Positions 50,108-59,826 of a DNA stretch of 64,000 nt are shown piece by piece. This DNA comes from Candidatus Micrarchaeota archaeon (GTDB lineage Archaea; Micrarchaeota; Micrarchaeia; Anstonellales; Bilamarchaeaceae). How positions within the stretch are numbered: position 1 is the stretch's first letter; the number at the start of each line of letters is the position of its first letter. The notes under the pieces are model-generated. The model had not been told where the DNA came from. It searched no databases and saw only the letters and a program-made list of their open reading frames with translations. The translations under genes were made by a program, and so were the position numbers. The DNA lies in the NCBI GenBank assembly GCA_038046765.1, contig JBBSVN010000001.1:1-64000 (forward strand), read 5' to 3'.

Positions 50108-51004
50108 TTATTTTGTTAAAATTCTTACGCCATTTTCTTCTACAAGTATAGTGTGTTCAAACTGTGCCACAAGTCCGCCCCCTGTTTCTTTTAAGACTGG
50201 GTATCCTCGAACTACCTGCATTGAAAGTAATTCTTTTAGTGCTGATGTGACAAGAAGTTTTGAAGAAAATTCTTTTCTTACCCATCGCTCTGCAAATGGT
50301 AGTGTTGTGTAATTATCTTTTACAAAATTAAGTATTTGCCTGGATTGCCTCATTCTGACGGGGTTATCCGACACAATGCTAAATATTTCTACCTGTTCGG
50401 CATCTTCAACATATCCTTTGCCATTTGTAGTAAATGGCTCTATTGCAAATATTTCGCCTTCCTTTAACTTGTACTTTTCACCGGTTTTTACATTTGGTAT
50501 GTTGACTCCGGCGTGTAAATCTCCAGTTGATATGCTATGCCCGCTTAGGTTTGAAATTGGTTTAACCCCAAAGCTTCGAATTTTTTCCTCTATTATTTCG
50601 CCAATTTGCCCGTTTGTTACTCCTGCTTTTGCGAATTTTAGCGCAGCATCTAAGGCCTCGCGTGAAGCGTTAATCAAATTTTCGTTTTTGCCGCTTAAAT
50701 CTATTGTGTAAGCAGTATCTCCTATTGCGCCATCAACCGATACTCCAATATCAATTTTTACCATGTCGTTTTCATCAAGGGCTAGAGTACAATCAAATTC
50801 TGGTGTGTAATGCGCTGCGATGTTGTTTATACTTATATTAACAGGAAATCCTGGTTTAGCCCCTTCTTCAAGAATCATTGATTCGATGTTCTCAGCTATT
50901 TCGAGTAAAGGTTCGCCCACCATTATTAGTTTTTTACTATCTTCGCGTATTTTGCCTGCTATTTTTCCAGCTTGTATAAAGTTTTCTAGTTCGGTGCTAT
51001 CCAT
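50108..51004 (-). CDS. map: Methionine aminopeptidase type II
   Basis: AAHYTP, KIDIG, GDTA, NLSGH, AIEPF, QFEHT. Confidence 0.97.
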   Translation of the reverse strand: MDSTELENFIQAGKIAGKIREDSKKLIMVGEPLLEIAENIESMILEEGAKPGFPVNISINNIAAHYTPEFDCTLALDENDMVKIDIGVSVDGAIGDTAYTIDLSGKNENLINASREALDAALKFAKAGVTNGQIGEIIEEKIRSFGVKPISNLSGHSISTGDLHAGVNIPNVKTGEKYKLKEGEIFAIEPFTTNGKGYVEDAEQVEIFSIVSDNPVRMRQSRQILNFVKDNYTTLPFAERWVRKEFSSKLLVTSALKELLSMQVVRGYPVLKETGGGLVAQFEHTILVEENGVRILTK

Positions 51005-51092
51005 AAAAATACCTGTTAGTAATAAGCTAAGGTTTTATTTAAAATACTGCTTTTACTATCTATTTAAATACTTGTTCTACCACAACATAGGT

Positions 51093-51575
51093 ATGAATAA
51101 AACTAGAAAATCAGTAATTGCAGCTTCGATCGTAATTAGTGCAGTCGGTTTAAACGTGGCAGATTGGAAACAAAAGCAACCTCAAAATGAACAAAACAGA
51201 AAACCCACGACTATAGTTAATCTTAGGTCAGAGCTAATTGATAGCGAGCAAATTTTTAGGGAATTGAATTACTTACAAATGAATCCGGTGCCCATGGGTG
51301 AACGTGCGGAAAGATCCCTTTTGTTAAGAAATAAAGTTCTAGAGAAGGTTAGGGAATTTGAATCAGAAATTAGCAAAGCACGTACACCTAGAGAACTAAA
51401 AATAATCGTAACTGAGATAAACTCATTTTTGGAAGAATTTGGTGCAATAAGTCCATCTGAGTTAAAACGAGGACGCCCTATGTTTAATGAACTTTTAGAA
51501 ATGGCAAAGAAAAAGGGGGAAAATTTAGTTGCAACTAAGTTTAATTTGTTAGATAGTCTAGGAATTCATCCATAA
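51093..51575 (+). CDS. Small helical protein with N-terminal signal/anchor
   Basis: ATG 51093 after TATA tttaaata; MNKTRKSVIAASIVISAVGL. Confidence 0.6.
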   Translation: MNKTRKSVIAASIVISAVGLNVADWKQKQPQNEQNRKPTTIVNLRSELIDSEQIFRELNYLQMNPVPMGERAERSLLLRNKVLEKVREFESEISKARTPRELKIIVTEINSFLEEFGAISPSELKRGRPMFNELLEMAKKKGENLVATKFNLLDSLGIHP

Positions 51576-51576
51576 T

Positions 51577-53061
51577 CTATTTTTTCTTATCTTCAATACT
51601 TGGAATTTCTTTTGCAAGAGCAACGGTCTCAAATTCAGGTATAAGTTGTAAAGTTCTTAAAATCTCAAATCTTGGGTCAGACCTCACTCTTTTAACATAT
51701 TCGTTGTTAGGGTCTGCTTTTTTCAATTCTCTAAACTTAGTCCATAAAAGAGCAGTCGCTCGCATACCTCTTCTTTGTGATTCTGTTGAGTTTGCATTAC
51801 CTGTTACAAATGCATTTTGTGAATTTGTTATGTCTCCTCCCCAAGCGTGTGTTTTATCTCCTGTTAATATCGCCATCAGACCGCGCGACATGCCGCCTGG
51901 AGGGTAATAACTTGAGTCTTTTTTGAAAATTTGGTCTAACTGTTTGGTAAATTCATCAAAACCAGTACCATTAATTTTAAGGTAATTTTCTTCGCCATTT
52001 GGAAGATGTGCAAAAAATAGATACAGAAGTTGGTTATATACATAAACTTTTTCAGATGCAGCAGTATTGTATCCCTTACTCTTGGCAATTTCGATTGAAG
52101 TAACCTGCGCGTATCCTTCTTTTAATGGATAAAGTATATTACTTTGGTCAAAATGATGTAATTGTTCATGAACAGATGCAACATATATCGTGCCATCATC
52201 AGGTTTAGCTTTAACCATTGATTCTAAATTAAAGAGCACATTGCCGCTATGTCTATGATATATTCCAAATGCCAGACCAGGAATATAATCGACATTATCA
52301 AATGGTTGTGGTTCTCGTGCACCGCCATCGGTCCCAGTTTGTTTTACTTCTGATTTTTCAGGGATATCAACTGGTACCTGGACATTTACGCTAGCTCCGT
52401 TTCCGAATCTTCTTAAGAGATTAGCTGGGATGTTTGTGCGATTACCATAATATTCTCTAACTGCTGCAACTGCACTATCTTTATAATCTATAAGTTCTTT
52501 TTTTACTTTTGTGTGCTGGGTACCTAATATTTTTGCATTTTCAATAAAATGAATTACTTCGGGGCGTTTAAGAAGAAGATCTACAACAGAAGAAAATTCA
52601 GGTAGTTTATCTGTCTGTTTTTCTTTAACAATTTCTTTTTTCCCTTCTTCGGATTTTTGTTCCTCTTTCACTAGCTTTATTGGTTTAGTCATCTTTGCCA
52701 AATATCTGCTTGCTTCATAGTAATGCTCTTTTTGATCTCCCGTTCTACCAGCTAGTTCGTAAGCTATTTCTTCTGTTGCTTTAGTGATAATTTTTCCTTT
52801 TTTCCTCTCCGCTGCAATTTCTATTTCGATAGCTTTTACTGGACTTTGCTCGGCAAGTTTGGAAAATAATGTTGCCTTTAATCTTCCGGTACCTCCGCTA
52901 GAATTAGTAAGAATCGCGTCAACTTCCTTTGAATTGTTTAATACTAAATTTCTATTAAGATAAAACTCAAAAACAGATTCAGTTTTTTTACCTAGTTTCC
53001 TGTTTTTTATATCTTCACGCGCGTCAAATTCTTTTGGTGCTCCAGTTGTCATTTCTGCCAT
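51577..53061 (-). CDS. Zincin-like metallopeptidase
   Basis: VHEQLHH..LKEGYAQ (HExxH plus E); ATG at 53061. Confidence 0.7.
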   Translation of the reverse strand: MAEMTTGAPKEFDAREDIKNRKLGKKTESVFEFYLNRNLVLNNSKEVDAILTNSSGGTGRLKATLFSKLAEQSPVKAIEIEIAAERKKGKIITKATEEIAYELAGRTGDQKEHYYEASRYLAKMTKPIKLVKEEQKSEEGKKEIVKEKQTDKLPEFSSVVDLLLKRPEVIHFIENAKILGTQHTKVKKELIDYKDSAVAAVREYYGNRTNIPANLLRRFGNGASVNVQVPVDIPEKSEVKQTGTDGGAREPQPFDNVDYIPGLAFGIYHRHSGNVLFNLESMVKAKPDDGTIYVASVHEQLHHFDQSNILYPLKEGYAQVTSIEIAKSKGYNTAASEKVYVYNQLLYLFFAHLPNGEENYLKINGTGFDEFTKQLDQIFKKDSSYYPPGGMSRGLMAILTGDKTHAWGGDITNSQNAFVTGNANSTESQRRGMRATALLWTKFRELKKADPNNEYVKRVRSDPRFEILRTLQLIPEFETVALAKEIPSIEDKKK

Positions 53062-53092
53062 ACAATAATATGAGATTAACTTAATTAAAAAA

Positions 53093-53127
53093 GCTACGTG
53101 CCAATGGCTAAGAACTAAAGGCAACTA
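53093..53127. repeat. 7-bp-period repeats
   Basis: gctacgt/gccaatg/gctaaga/actaaag/gcaacta. Confidence 0.45.
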
Positions 53128-53245
53128 AATAGGTACCTTGGCTTAACCGTATATTAAGTTTATTTTAATGTAAAACAATGGTTTATAAATACTTCGATGC
53201 ACATTGTATTTACTAATAATTACAACATTTAGAGGCGTTAATTTT

Positions 53246-54121
53246 ATGAGCACAACAATTCAACAACCAACTCAAAGAATAAGAGGCCCAAAGTTAGAAG
53301 TGTTCATATCAAGATTATATGGTCTTCCTTTTGATGAAGAATTAGCTAGAGCAGATAAAGATAATAGAGTTATTGTTTCTAGTAAAAGACTAAGTTCAGC
53401 CCTAATTGGAAGCGATGAATGGAAAGCAATCAAAAAAGCTTTTGCTTGCTGGTCTGGAACTATGACTGCTTATGTTGAACCAAATGTAGAACTTGGGCAA
53501 GCTGCTAGAAGACTTAGCGATCTTGGAGATTTTCCTAAGTTAAGTAAAAATCAGTACGAACATGCTATTGTTTATACTGACCCCCAAACAGGAAATGATT
53601 GGATCTTTCCAATTCCAGAAAAATATTTAAGAGTAAAAAATGGAATTTTAGTTATTGAGCACCCTGATTATGGTTTAGATAGAGAAGGAACAAATAGATT
53701 AGTTTTACCAGTATCAGTTGAAAGAGTTGATTTAGTTGAAGGTTTTCCAGTTCGAAATGGTTGGTATTTACCAGATGCGATTCATGGAATACCTCAAACA
53801 AGTCAAGTAGATTATTCAACTAAAGCTAGACACTTGTGGAGAGTTGATAAAAGAGTTGGTCCGGTTAGGCTCGGCTACGACGACATGGGCGGCATCGACG
53901 ACATTAACGGGCGGTATGTCGACTTTGACGATAGGCCGTCCAATGGTTACGGGCTGGTAACAGAGGCCAGCGAAGCTGGCACGCCGGCTACAAAAGACGA
54001 AATTAAAACTAGTAGACAATCTAGCGTCATTCAGTTAAATGAAGGAGACTCCGAATTAATAATTCGAGGAAGCGATGCAAAAATTGAAGCAGCTTTAAGA
54101 CTTTTAGAAAGTTTGAGATAA
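53246..54121 (+). CDS. Putative DGR target protein, C-type-lectin-like fold
   Basis: FACWSGT..FPVRNGWY..HGIP..ARHLWRV..VGPVR[variable]RPSNGYGLV; start at MSTTIQ. Confidence 0.75.
   Translation: MSTTIQQPTQRIRGPKLEVFISRLYGLPFDEELARADKDNRVIVSSKRLSSALIGSDEWKAIKKAFACWSGTMTAYVEPNVELGQAARRLSDLGDFPKLSKNQYEHAIVYTDPQTGNDWIFPIPEKYLRVKNGILVIEHPDYGLDREGTNRLVLPVSVERVDLVEGFPVRNGWYLPDAIHGIPQTSQVDYSTKARHLWRVDKRVGPVRLGYDDMGGIDDINGRYVDFDDRPSNGYGLVTEASEAGTPATKDEIKTSRQSSVIQLNEGDSELIIRGSDAKIEAALRLLESLR
53858..53956 (+). repeat. Putative DGR variable region VR3
   Basis: 48/80 GC over 53861-53940; 11 of 13 codons at 53870-53908 end in C. Confidence 0.75.
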
Positions 54122-54129
54122 AATTAATT

Positions 54130-54528
54130 TTAAATTTTTCTTAATGTCTCCTCTGGTTTAAGTATTATTATTTCCCTAAATTTCTCTAAGTCCAAGAGAT
54201 GATGATCATACGAAACAATAAAATCAGCATTAGCTTCTACTGCCCCTTCTAAGACTTTGTCATCATCCGAATCTACTTTAATAAATTCTATTTTCTCTTT
54301 TGGAAAAACTATTATTAAAATCTTTATAAGTTCCTTTATTCTCTCATCCTTCTCTTCTTCATTATGTTCGAAATCTCTTTTTAAAATTTCCCCATATTCT
54401 TCCAAGATTTCTGGACTTGTAAATCCTTCGATTTGTTTTTCTTGTATTTTAAGAAGTAATTCATAAGCGACGCCCTTAGAGATCGTACCTGAAATTAGTA
54501 CGTTTGTATCAAGAAAAATCTTAGTAGT
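54130..54528 (-). CDS. vapC: PIN_3-type toxin with no ATG/GTG/TTG before the first motif
   Basis: Frame extends from 54405 up to TTKIFLDTNVLISG directly after the antitoxin TAG; DSDDDKVLEGA, IVSYDHHLL. Confidence 0.8.
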   Translation of the reverse strand, partial: TTKIFLDTNVLISGTISKGVAYELLLKIQEKQIEGFTSPEILEEYGEILKRDFEHNEEEKDERIKELIKILIIVFPKEKIEFIKVDSDDDKVLEGAVEANADFIVSYDHHLLDLEKFREIIILKPEETLRKI

Positions 54529-54804
54529 CTAAGGAACGCCGCGCCTCTTGTGAACTATCTTTACTACGTCTTCTTGTTTTATTCCCAAAGATTTGGCTTT
54601 TTTACTGCTCTCTTCTACAAGTTTGTCCCATGAAGATTTAAAATCTTCTTTACTCGGTTTGTAAACTTTTTTTAGCATAATTGTATCTCCTGTACCAAAT
54701 ACTGCGAATACTGTACCTTTTCCCGCTTTAATCTCGTTACGAATGTCCAATGGTATTACTATTTGCCCTTTTGATGTCATATGTGTTATTTCGACTTCCG
54801 ACAT
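54529..54804 (-). CDS. AbrB/SpoVT antitoxin
   Basis: MTSKGQIVIPLDIR; tandem ttcttactt repeats at the promoter. Confidence 0.92.
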   Translation of the reverse strand: MSEVEITHMTSKGQIVIPLDIRNEIKAGKGTVFAVFGTGDTIMLKKVYKPSKEDFKSSWDKLVEESSKKAKSLGIKQEDVVKIVHKRRGVP

Positions 54805-54902
54805 ATTATCACCTAGTAGTATATTCTTACTTTCTTACTTTATAAATGTTGTGGCATAATACAATAAGTTCTTTTCTGTTTGAACAAGCTACCTATAATC
54901 AT

Positions 54903-57488
54903 TTAAATTTTCCAATACTTTTTATTTTTAATAAACATTTTCTGCGAGTTTAGTAAATCAAGATAAAACTGTTCTTCATTTGGGTGTAATTTCTTTAATA
55001 CGCGCTCAGCTCCGCCAACTCCAATTCCATAAACTGAAAATGCAATTATCGCCAAAATTCCGTAGTTTCGTATCAATCTGGATTTAGCTAATAAAACTTC
55101 TCTTTTTTCTCCCTCGCGCTCGATCATTGTAAAAGATATTGTATTACATTTTTGACAAATAATTTTTTCTTTGCCTTCCTCTAGATGTCCTCCAATGTGC
55201 AGATATCTTGTAGCACCACAATTCATACATTTAAGCGAAACTGTTTTTTCAATCGTCCTTTCCTTTAATGCCTTTACCATCGCTGCTCTAGGCTCGAAAC
55301 CCCCTATTGCTTCGCCCGAAGATACGCGGTCGATACCAATCTTTCCAAAATAGCTAAAACTTTCGCGTTTGTCAAATATAAATTTAATTTCTTTTTTATC
55401 AATTTTGCTCGCAATTTTTTCTAAACTATCTACATCGAAATATCTGAAAAATGTGCTTCTTAAGGCCTCTTCATAAACTACGCTGTTTTTTAACGCATCA
55501 ATAAATCTGTGCGTTACTATCGCATCTTCTTTTAAAAGTCCAAATAGCCGCCCTACATGCGTGAACCTGGATTTTAGAAGCATTGAATTTTCAAGACTAA
55601 GTTCTAACTGCTTAGTTGGGGATTTTATACTTCGAATCGCATTTTCTAAGTTTTTATTATCTAGTGGAAAAGGAAGCTTTATCATTATTCTATACGCATC
55701 AGCTACTGCTCTTACGCTTTCGCCAATTAATTTGGAAAGATTATACGATATTATTCTTCCAAATGCTTCGTTTATCTTAGTTCCAAAGCAGCAGTGTAAA
55801 ATTACTGTTTGGTCAACCACTTCGATTATAATCGTCTGTTGGTCTGCAATAATTTTATCTTTTTTATATGCTTTTCTTAATTCGCCTACTCCCTTAGCTA
55901 CTTCGTAGCTTATTGGTATATCCTCGCCCGTCCACTCTGGAATTGCGATATCTAATGCGATACTTGGATCAACTAAAACTTCACTTTCGGTTATATCAAT
56001 AACCTGCCATGGTGAACCTTTACATAAAAAGCTCGATCCGTTTTCTATGTTCATAACAAAGTCTTCATCTAAGCTTGCGATTATTGAATTACTTGAAATA
56101 TTTTTAAGCAGGTATTTTTTTCCTTTTGGTATTGTTGAAACATTGGTGTAATAATATTCGCGTGCACGCGGAGCATTTTTTATATGCGCATTTTCGCTTT
56201 CGCCTTGGTCATTAGTTATCTGCTCAAAATAAATTATGCCTTCTGCATAAAGTTGCACGGCTATTTTTTTTAATTTTTCAAATTCGATTCCGTACGCGTA
56301 AGACCTAGATAAGATTTCATGTATGCTTTTTAAGTCTGTTTTTCCCCGGTCAAAACAAATTCCTACGATTTGGTGAGCGATTACATCAAGCGCGCCTTTT
56401 TCAACATTTTTATCTTCAAGATAGGAATTTTCTGATAAAATTTTTATCATCTGTGCTTCAAGATAATCATCTAAATCTGATGTAAAAACTATTCCTTTTG
56501 GTATTTTGTTTAGGCTATGCCCGCTTCTTCCAACTCGCTGTATTAAACGAAAAACTTGGTGCGGTGAGCCGTACTGAACTACTAGATCAATATCTCCAAT
56601 ATCAATACCAAGCTCTAATGAACTGGTTGAAACTAGCGAGTGGATCTTACCTTGTTTAAATTGTTCTTCTGCATTTATTCTTACTTCTTTTGAAAGCGAG
56701 CCGTGGTGTATTTCAATCGGTGCTCCAAGTGTTCTTAAACTTGCACTTATTTCTTCAGCAGTACTTCGCGTGTTTGTAAATATTATCGCACGATGATTTT
56801 TGGATAATTCACTTATTTGGGAAATTCGCTCTTCCTGTTTTGGTATGTGTTTTATTTCGATATGTCTTTCTCGTATCCTATCTACTTCCGCAACAGAGTA
56901 GTTCCTAAATCCAAAAATTAGCCGTGCCGCTTCTTCCTCCTTTGCAACAGTTGCGCTTATTGCAATTCTTTTGAACTGGGCAATTTCTTCTAAGCGTTCT
57001 AAACCAAGCGATAACTGCGCGCCGCGTTTATTATCTAGTATATCATGAACTTCATCAACAATTACAAACTCGATGTTTTTTAGGTGTTCACGCATAACTC
57101 GTCCTAAGAGTAATGCCTGCAAACTTTCAGGAGTTGTAAGAAGTATTTGGGGCGGATTGTTTCGTTGTTTTGTCCGTTCGTACTGAGTCGTATCTCCTGT
57201 TCGTACCTCATGACTTACCTCAAGGCGCTCGCACCACCAGTCAAATCTTTGGTATAAATCGCGATTTAGGCTTCGAAGTGGGGTTATATAAAGTGCTTTT
57301 ATCCCCTGTTTTTTATCGCCTATTTTCTCTAGTACTGGTAGTAATGCGCACTCTGTTTTTCCGCTTCCGGTTGGAGCAATTATTATTGTATTTTCTCCAG
57401 ATAGTATTTTGGGGATAGCAATTTTTTGTATGTGCGTCAAATCCCCGAACCGTTCGCGAATCAGTTCTGCAACTGTTGTCATATACAA
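54903..57488 (-). CDS. lhr: Lhr-family helicase with C-terminal Zn finger
   Basis: APTGSGKT, TTPESL, DEVH, SAT, HHGSLS, LELGIDIG, QRVGRSGH, P.W.G; CMNC..CQKC. Confidence 0.95.
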   Translation of the reverse strand: MYMTTVAELIRERFGDLTHIQKIAIPKILSGENTIIIAPTGSGKTECALLPVLEKIGDKKQGIKALYITPLRSLNRDLYQRFDWWCERLEVSHEVRTGDTTQYERTKQRNNPPQILLTTPESLQALLLGRVMREHLKNIEFVIVDEVHDILDNKRGAQLSLGLERLEEIAQFKRIAISATVAKEEEAARLIFGFRNYSVAEVDRIRERHIEIKHIPKQEERISQISELSKNHRAIIFTNTRSTAEEISASLRTLGAPIEIHHGSLSKEVRINAEEQFKQGKIHSLVSTSSLELGIDIGDIDLVVQYGSPHQVFRLIQRVGRSGHSLNKIPKGIVFTSDLDDYLEAQMIKILSENSYLEDKNVEKGALDVIAHQIVGICFDRGKTDLKSIHEILSRSYAYGIEFEKLKKIAVQLYAEGIIYFEQITNDQGESENAHIKNAPRAREYYYTNVSTIPKGKKYLLKNISSNSIIASLDEDFVMNIENGSSFLCKGSPWQVIDITESEVLVDPSIALDIAIPEWTGEDIPISYEVAKGVGELRKAYKKDKIIADQQTIIIEVVDQTVILHCCFGTKINEAFGRIISYNLSKLIGESVRAVADAYRIMIKLPFPLDNKNLENAIRSIKSPTKQLELSLENSMLLKSRFTHVGRLFGLLKEDAIVTHRFIDALKNSVVYEEALRSTFFRYFDVDSLEKIASKIDKKEIKFIFDKRESFSYFGKIGIDRVSSGEAIGGFEPRAAMVKALKERTIEKTVSLKCMNCGATRYLHIGGHLEEGKEKIICQKCNTISFTMIEREGEKREVLLAKSRLIRNYGILAIIAFSVYGIGVGGAERVLKKLHPNEEQFYLDLLNSQKMFIKNKKYWKI

Positions 57489-57519
57489 ATAATATATATG
57501 TTTTGAGCTATTAATATTT

Positions 57520-58047
57520 ATGGATGAAATTGAAGTTAAGGTAATTGAAGAAGATTTTACGCTAATTAGAAAGCAACTAATAAAATTAGGTGCTAAGAAA
57601 ACATTTTCCGGTAAATTTTCAACTATTTATTTGGACACTTCCGACCTAAAATTTAAAAATGAGAAGAAAGTTTTGCGAGTCCGAGAAGGCAAGAAAAATG
57701 TAATTACTTTTAAAGAAACAGTTAGCGAGAGTGGCATAAGTATCTATGACGAACTGGAAACCGAGGTTAAAGATACAGAAATTCTTGTTCAAATCCTAAA
57801 GCGACTTGGTTATATTATCTCTGATAAAATAGAAAAAATAAGAGAAATTTACGAGCTAGATGACGCGGAAATTGTTTTTGATAAGCTTCTTGGTAAATAC
57901 TATTTTGTTCCAGAGTACATGGAAATCGAAGCATCTAATAAACAGATAATAGAATCATATATATCTAAATTAGGCGTAAAAAGCGAGAACATAAAGTCTA
58001 TAAATAGCCACGAACTTATTAATTATTATAAGAAAAAGAATGACTAG
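57520..58047 (+). CDS. cyaB: CYTH-domain protein (class IV adenylate cyclase-like)
   Basis: EIEVK, YLD, LRVR, ELET, EKIREIY, YMEIE. Confidence 0.9.
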   Translation: MDEIEVKVIEEDFTLIRKQLIKLGAKKTFSGKFSTIYLDTSDLKFKNEKKVLRVREGKKNVITFKETVSESGISIYDELETEVKDTEILVQILKRLGYIISDKIEKIREIYELDDAEIVFDKLLGKYYFVPEYMEIEASNKQIIESYISKLGVKSENIKSINSHELINYYKKKND

Positions 58048-59327
58048 TGAAATTGATGGAAGCAACAAAAGTTTCTGCTTTAGAAAAAAAAGCACAAAGT
58101 GTTCTTGAATACTATCAACTTACTTACCTGCCAATTACTCTAAACAAAAGATCATTTACTGCAAAAGAATCAGAAGAGATTATTAAAAAGGCAGTTCTAA
58201 CAAGTACAAATAATCCTTCTAAAATACGATCGGGAGTATTTAGGGAACTTACCTATCGAAATCCAGAACTTGCCTTAAGAATTGAAATTTCAGCAATGGA
58301 AAAAAAACATGGGATTAAATTAACAGAAGTCGAACAAAGTAATCTCGTAATGTTAACTGCAAAAACGTTTGTGCAAGATAAGTCTTTTAATAAAATAGAA
58401 GCGCATGAGGCATATCTGGGAGCAAGTAAAAAACTAAGTATTCTAGTAGAAAAAAAATTACAAAAACAAATTCCATCAACACCTAAAGAAGTTCCAATTG
58501 CAGCAGAAGATTTTGAAAAAGTCGTTGATACAACATACAAAAAAGCATTTGTTGATTTTAAATCTTTTTTAGATCGAACTGGATTTGGTGATATCTCAAA
58601 GAAAATGCCAACAGCGCCTCCAATAAATATTCTTGAATCAAATCCATCTAATCTTGCTGAGTATGATTCTGATAAAAAATCTATAAATATCTTTAAGGAA
58701 AACTTAAGAAAAAATCCTTCTTTACTTTATGGCACGCTTGTACATGAATTATTTCACGCAAGTTTTGATGCTTACGCAAGCAAAGATGCAATGACAATCT
58801 TTGCGGGTAGTTCTGTTTTTTCACGAGTCATGAATGAAGGGCTAGCTGAGATAATGTCTGGTATTTTTAATGACTTAGAAAAAAGAAATGTTTACTATGG
58901 ATCTAGAATAACTGCTGGCTTATTTAAGTGGATTCTTAGCTTGGACTCAACTGGTTTTAATTCAAAAGGTGGGATAACTGTTCCAGAAATCGGAAAAAAT
59001 AAGGTTATGCGAGCAGTGCTAAACCATGATTGGCAATCATTAAGGGAAAGTTTTGATGCTAAATTCGGAAAGGATTCCTGGGGAGAATTTTTTAAGACTC
59101 TTACTCGGGATAAAGATAGGAAAATTATTGAAGATGAGGACAAATACGAAAAAGCCGCCATTAACGGAATGGTCTACATGTTAGATAATGTTTCTAAACT
59201 AGGTCAATCGGATGTTCAAAGAATGCTTTCATCAAGGATGATTCTTAATGATCCTGCTTTTAAAGATGTAAAAGACGCTTTATTTGAAGCTAGAAAAACG
59301 GCTATTTATGCTAAAGTTAGTAAGTAA
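58047..59327 (+). CDS. Zincin-like metallopeptidase
   Basis: AEYD....INI, LVHELFH..MNEGLAE. Confidence 0.75.
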   Translation: MKLMEATKVSALEKKAQSVLEYYQLTYLPITLNKRSFTAKESEEIIKKAVLTSTNNPSKIRSGVFRELTYRNPELALRIEISAMEKKHGIKLTEVEQSNLVMLTAKTFVQDKSFNKIEAHEAYLGASKKLSILVEKKLQKQIPSTPKEVPIAAEDFEKVVDTTYKKAFVDFKSFLDRTGFGDISKKMPTAPPINILESNPSNLAEYDSDKKSINIFKENLRKNPSLLYGTLVHELFHASFDAYASKDAMTIFAGSSVFSRVMNEGLAEIMSGIFNDLEKRNVYYGSRITAGLFKWILSLDSTGFNSKGGITVPEIGKNKVMRAVLNHDWQSLRESFDAKFGKDSWGEFFKTLTRDKDRKIIEDEDKYEKAAINGMVYMLDNVSKLGQSDVQRMLSSRMILNDPAFKDVKDALFEARKTAIYAKVSK

Positions 59328-59826
59328 CTTTTGGACTAGCAGCTACTTTTCTTGTTCCCGTTTCTGCAATTTTTCCCAGTACTTCGTTTTCTATTCTTTT
59401 TTTGGCAAATACGTCGTAAGTTTTTTCTAATCCTTGTTCAATCATTTCTTTTCTAAATTGTTCGATTTCAGCTTTAATTTTTTTAATTCCTTCCTCTTTT
59501 TTCTTTGAGTTAGAATCAGTTTGTAATTCTTTGGCTCTTTTACTCCATCCCTCTATTTTTTTATCCATCTGTTTATAGCTTGGGCTGCTGAAAAAAGAAA
59601 GCAAGTCTGATCCAAAATTTCTTAATGCCTTATCTGATTCTTCATCATAAACTAGTCTAGGCACTGCTGTTTTCAAATCTTTTCTTGGTTCCGACATTGG
59701 TTTTTGCACCTTAAATATTTTTGCATCAGGCGCGGAGTTTAGCATTCTTCTGCTTTGTTCGCTCCTGCAGCTTGGTGCATATAAGCAAAGTGCAAATATT
59801 AATGCTTTAGTGCGAGCGTACTTCAT
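59317..59826 (-). CDS. Small helical protein with signal/lipoprotein-like N-terminus
   Basis: MKYARTKALIFALCLYAPSC; TATA upstream; C-terminal coiled coil. Confidence 0.6.
   Translation of the reverse strand: MKYARTKALIFALCLYAPSCRSEQSRRMLNSAPDAKIFKVQKPMSEPRKDLKTAVPRLVYDEESDKALRNFGSDLLSFFSSPSYKQMDKKIEGWSKRAKELQTDSNSKKKEEGIKKIKAEIEQFRKEMIEQGLEKTYDVFAKKRIENEVLGKIAETGTRKVAASPKVTY

Noticed and set aside
50820..51092. 5' extension of ORF 50820..51575
   Set aside because: Antisense to map; ATG 51093 follows a TATA box
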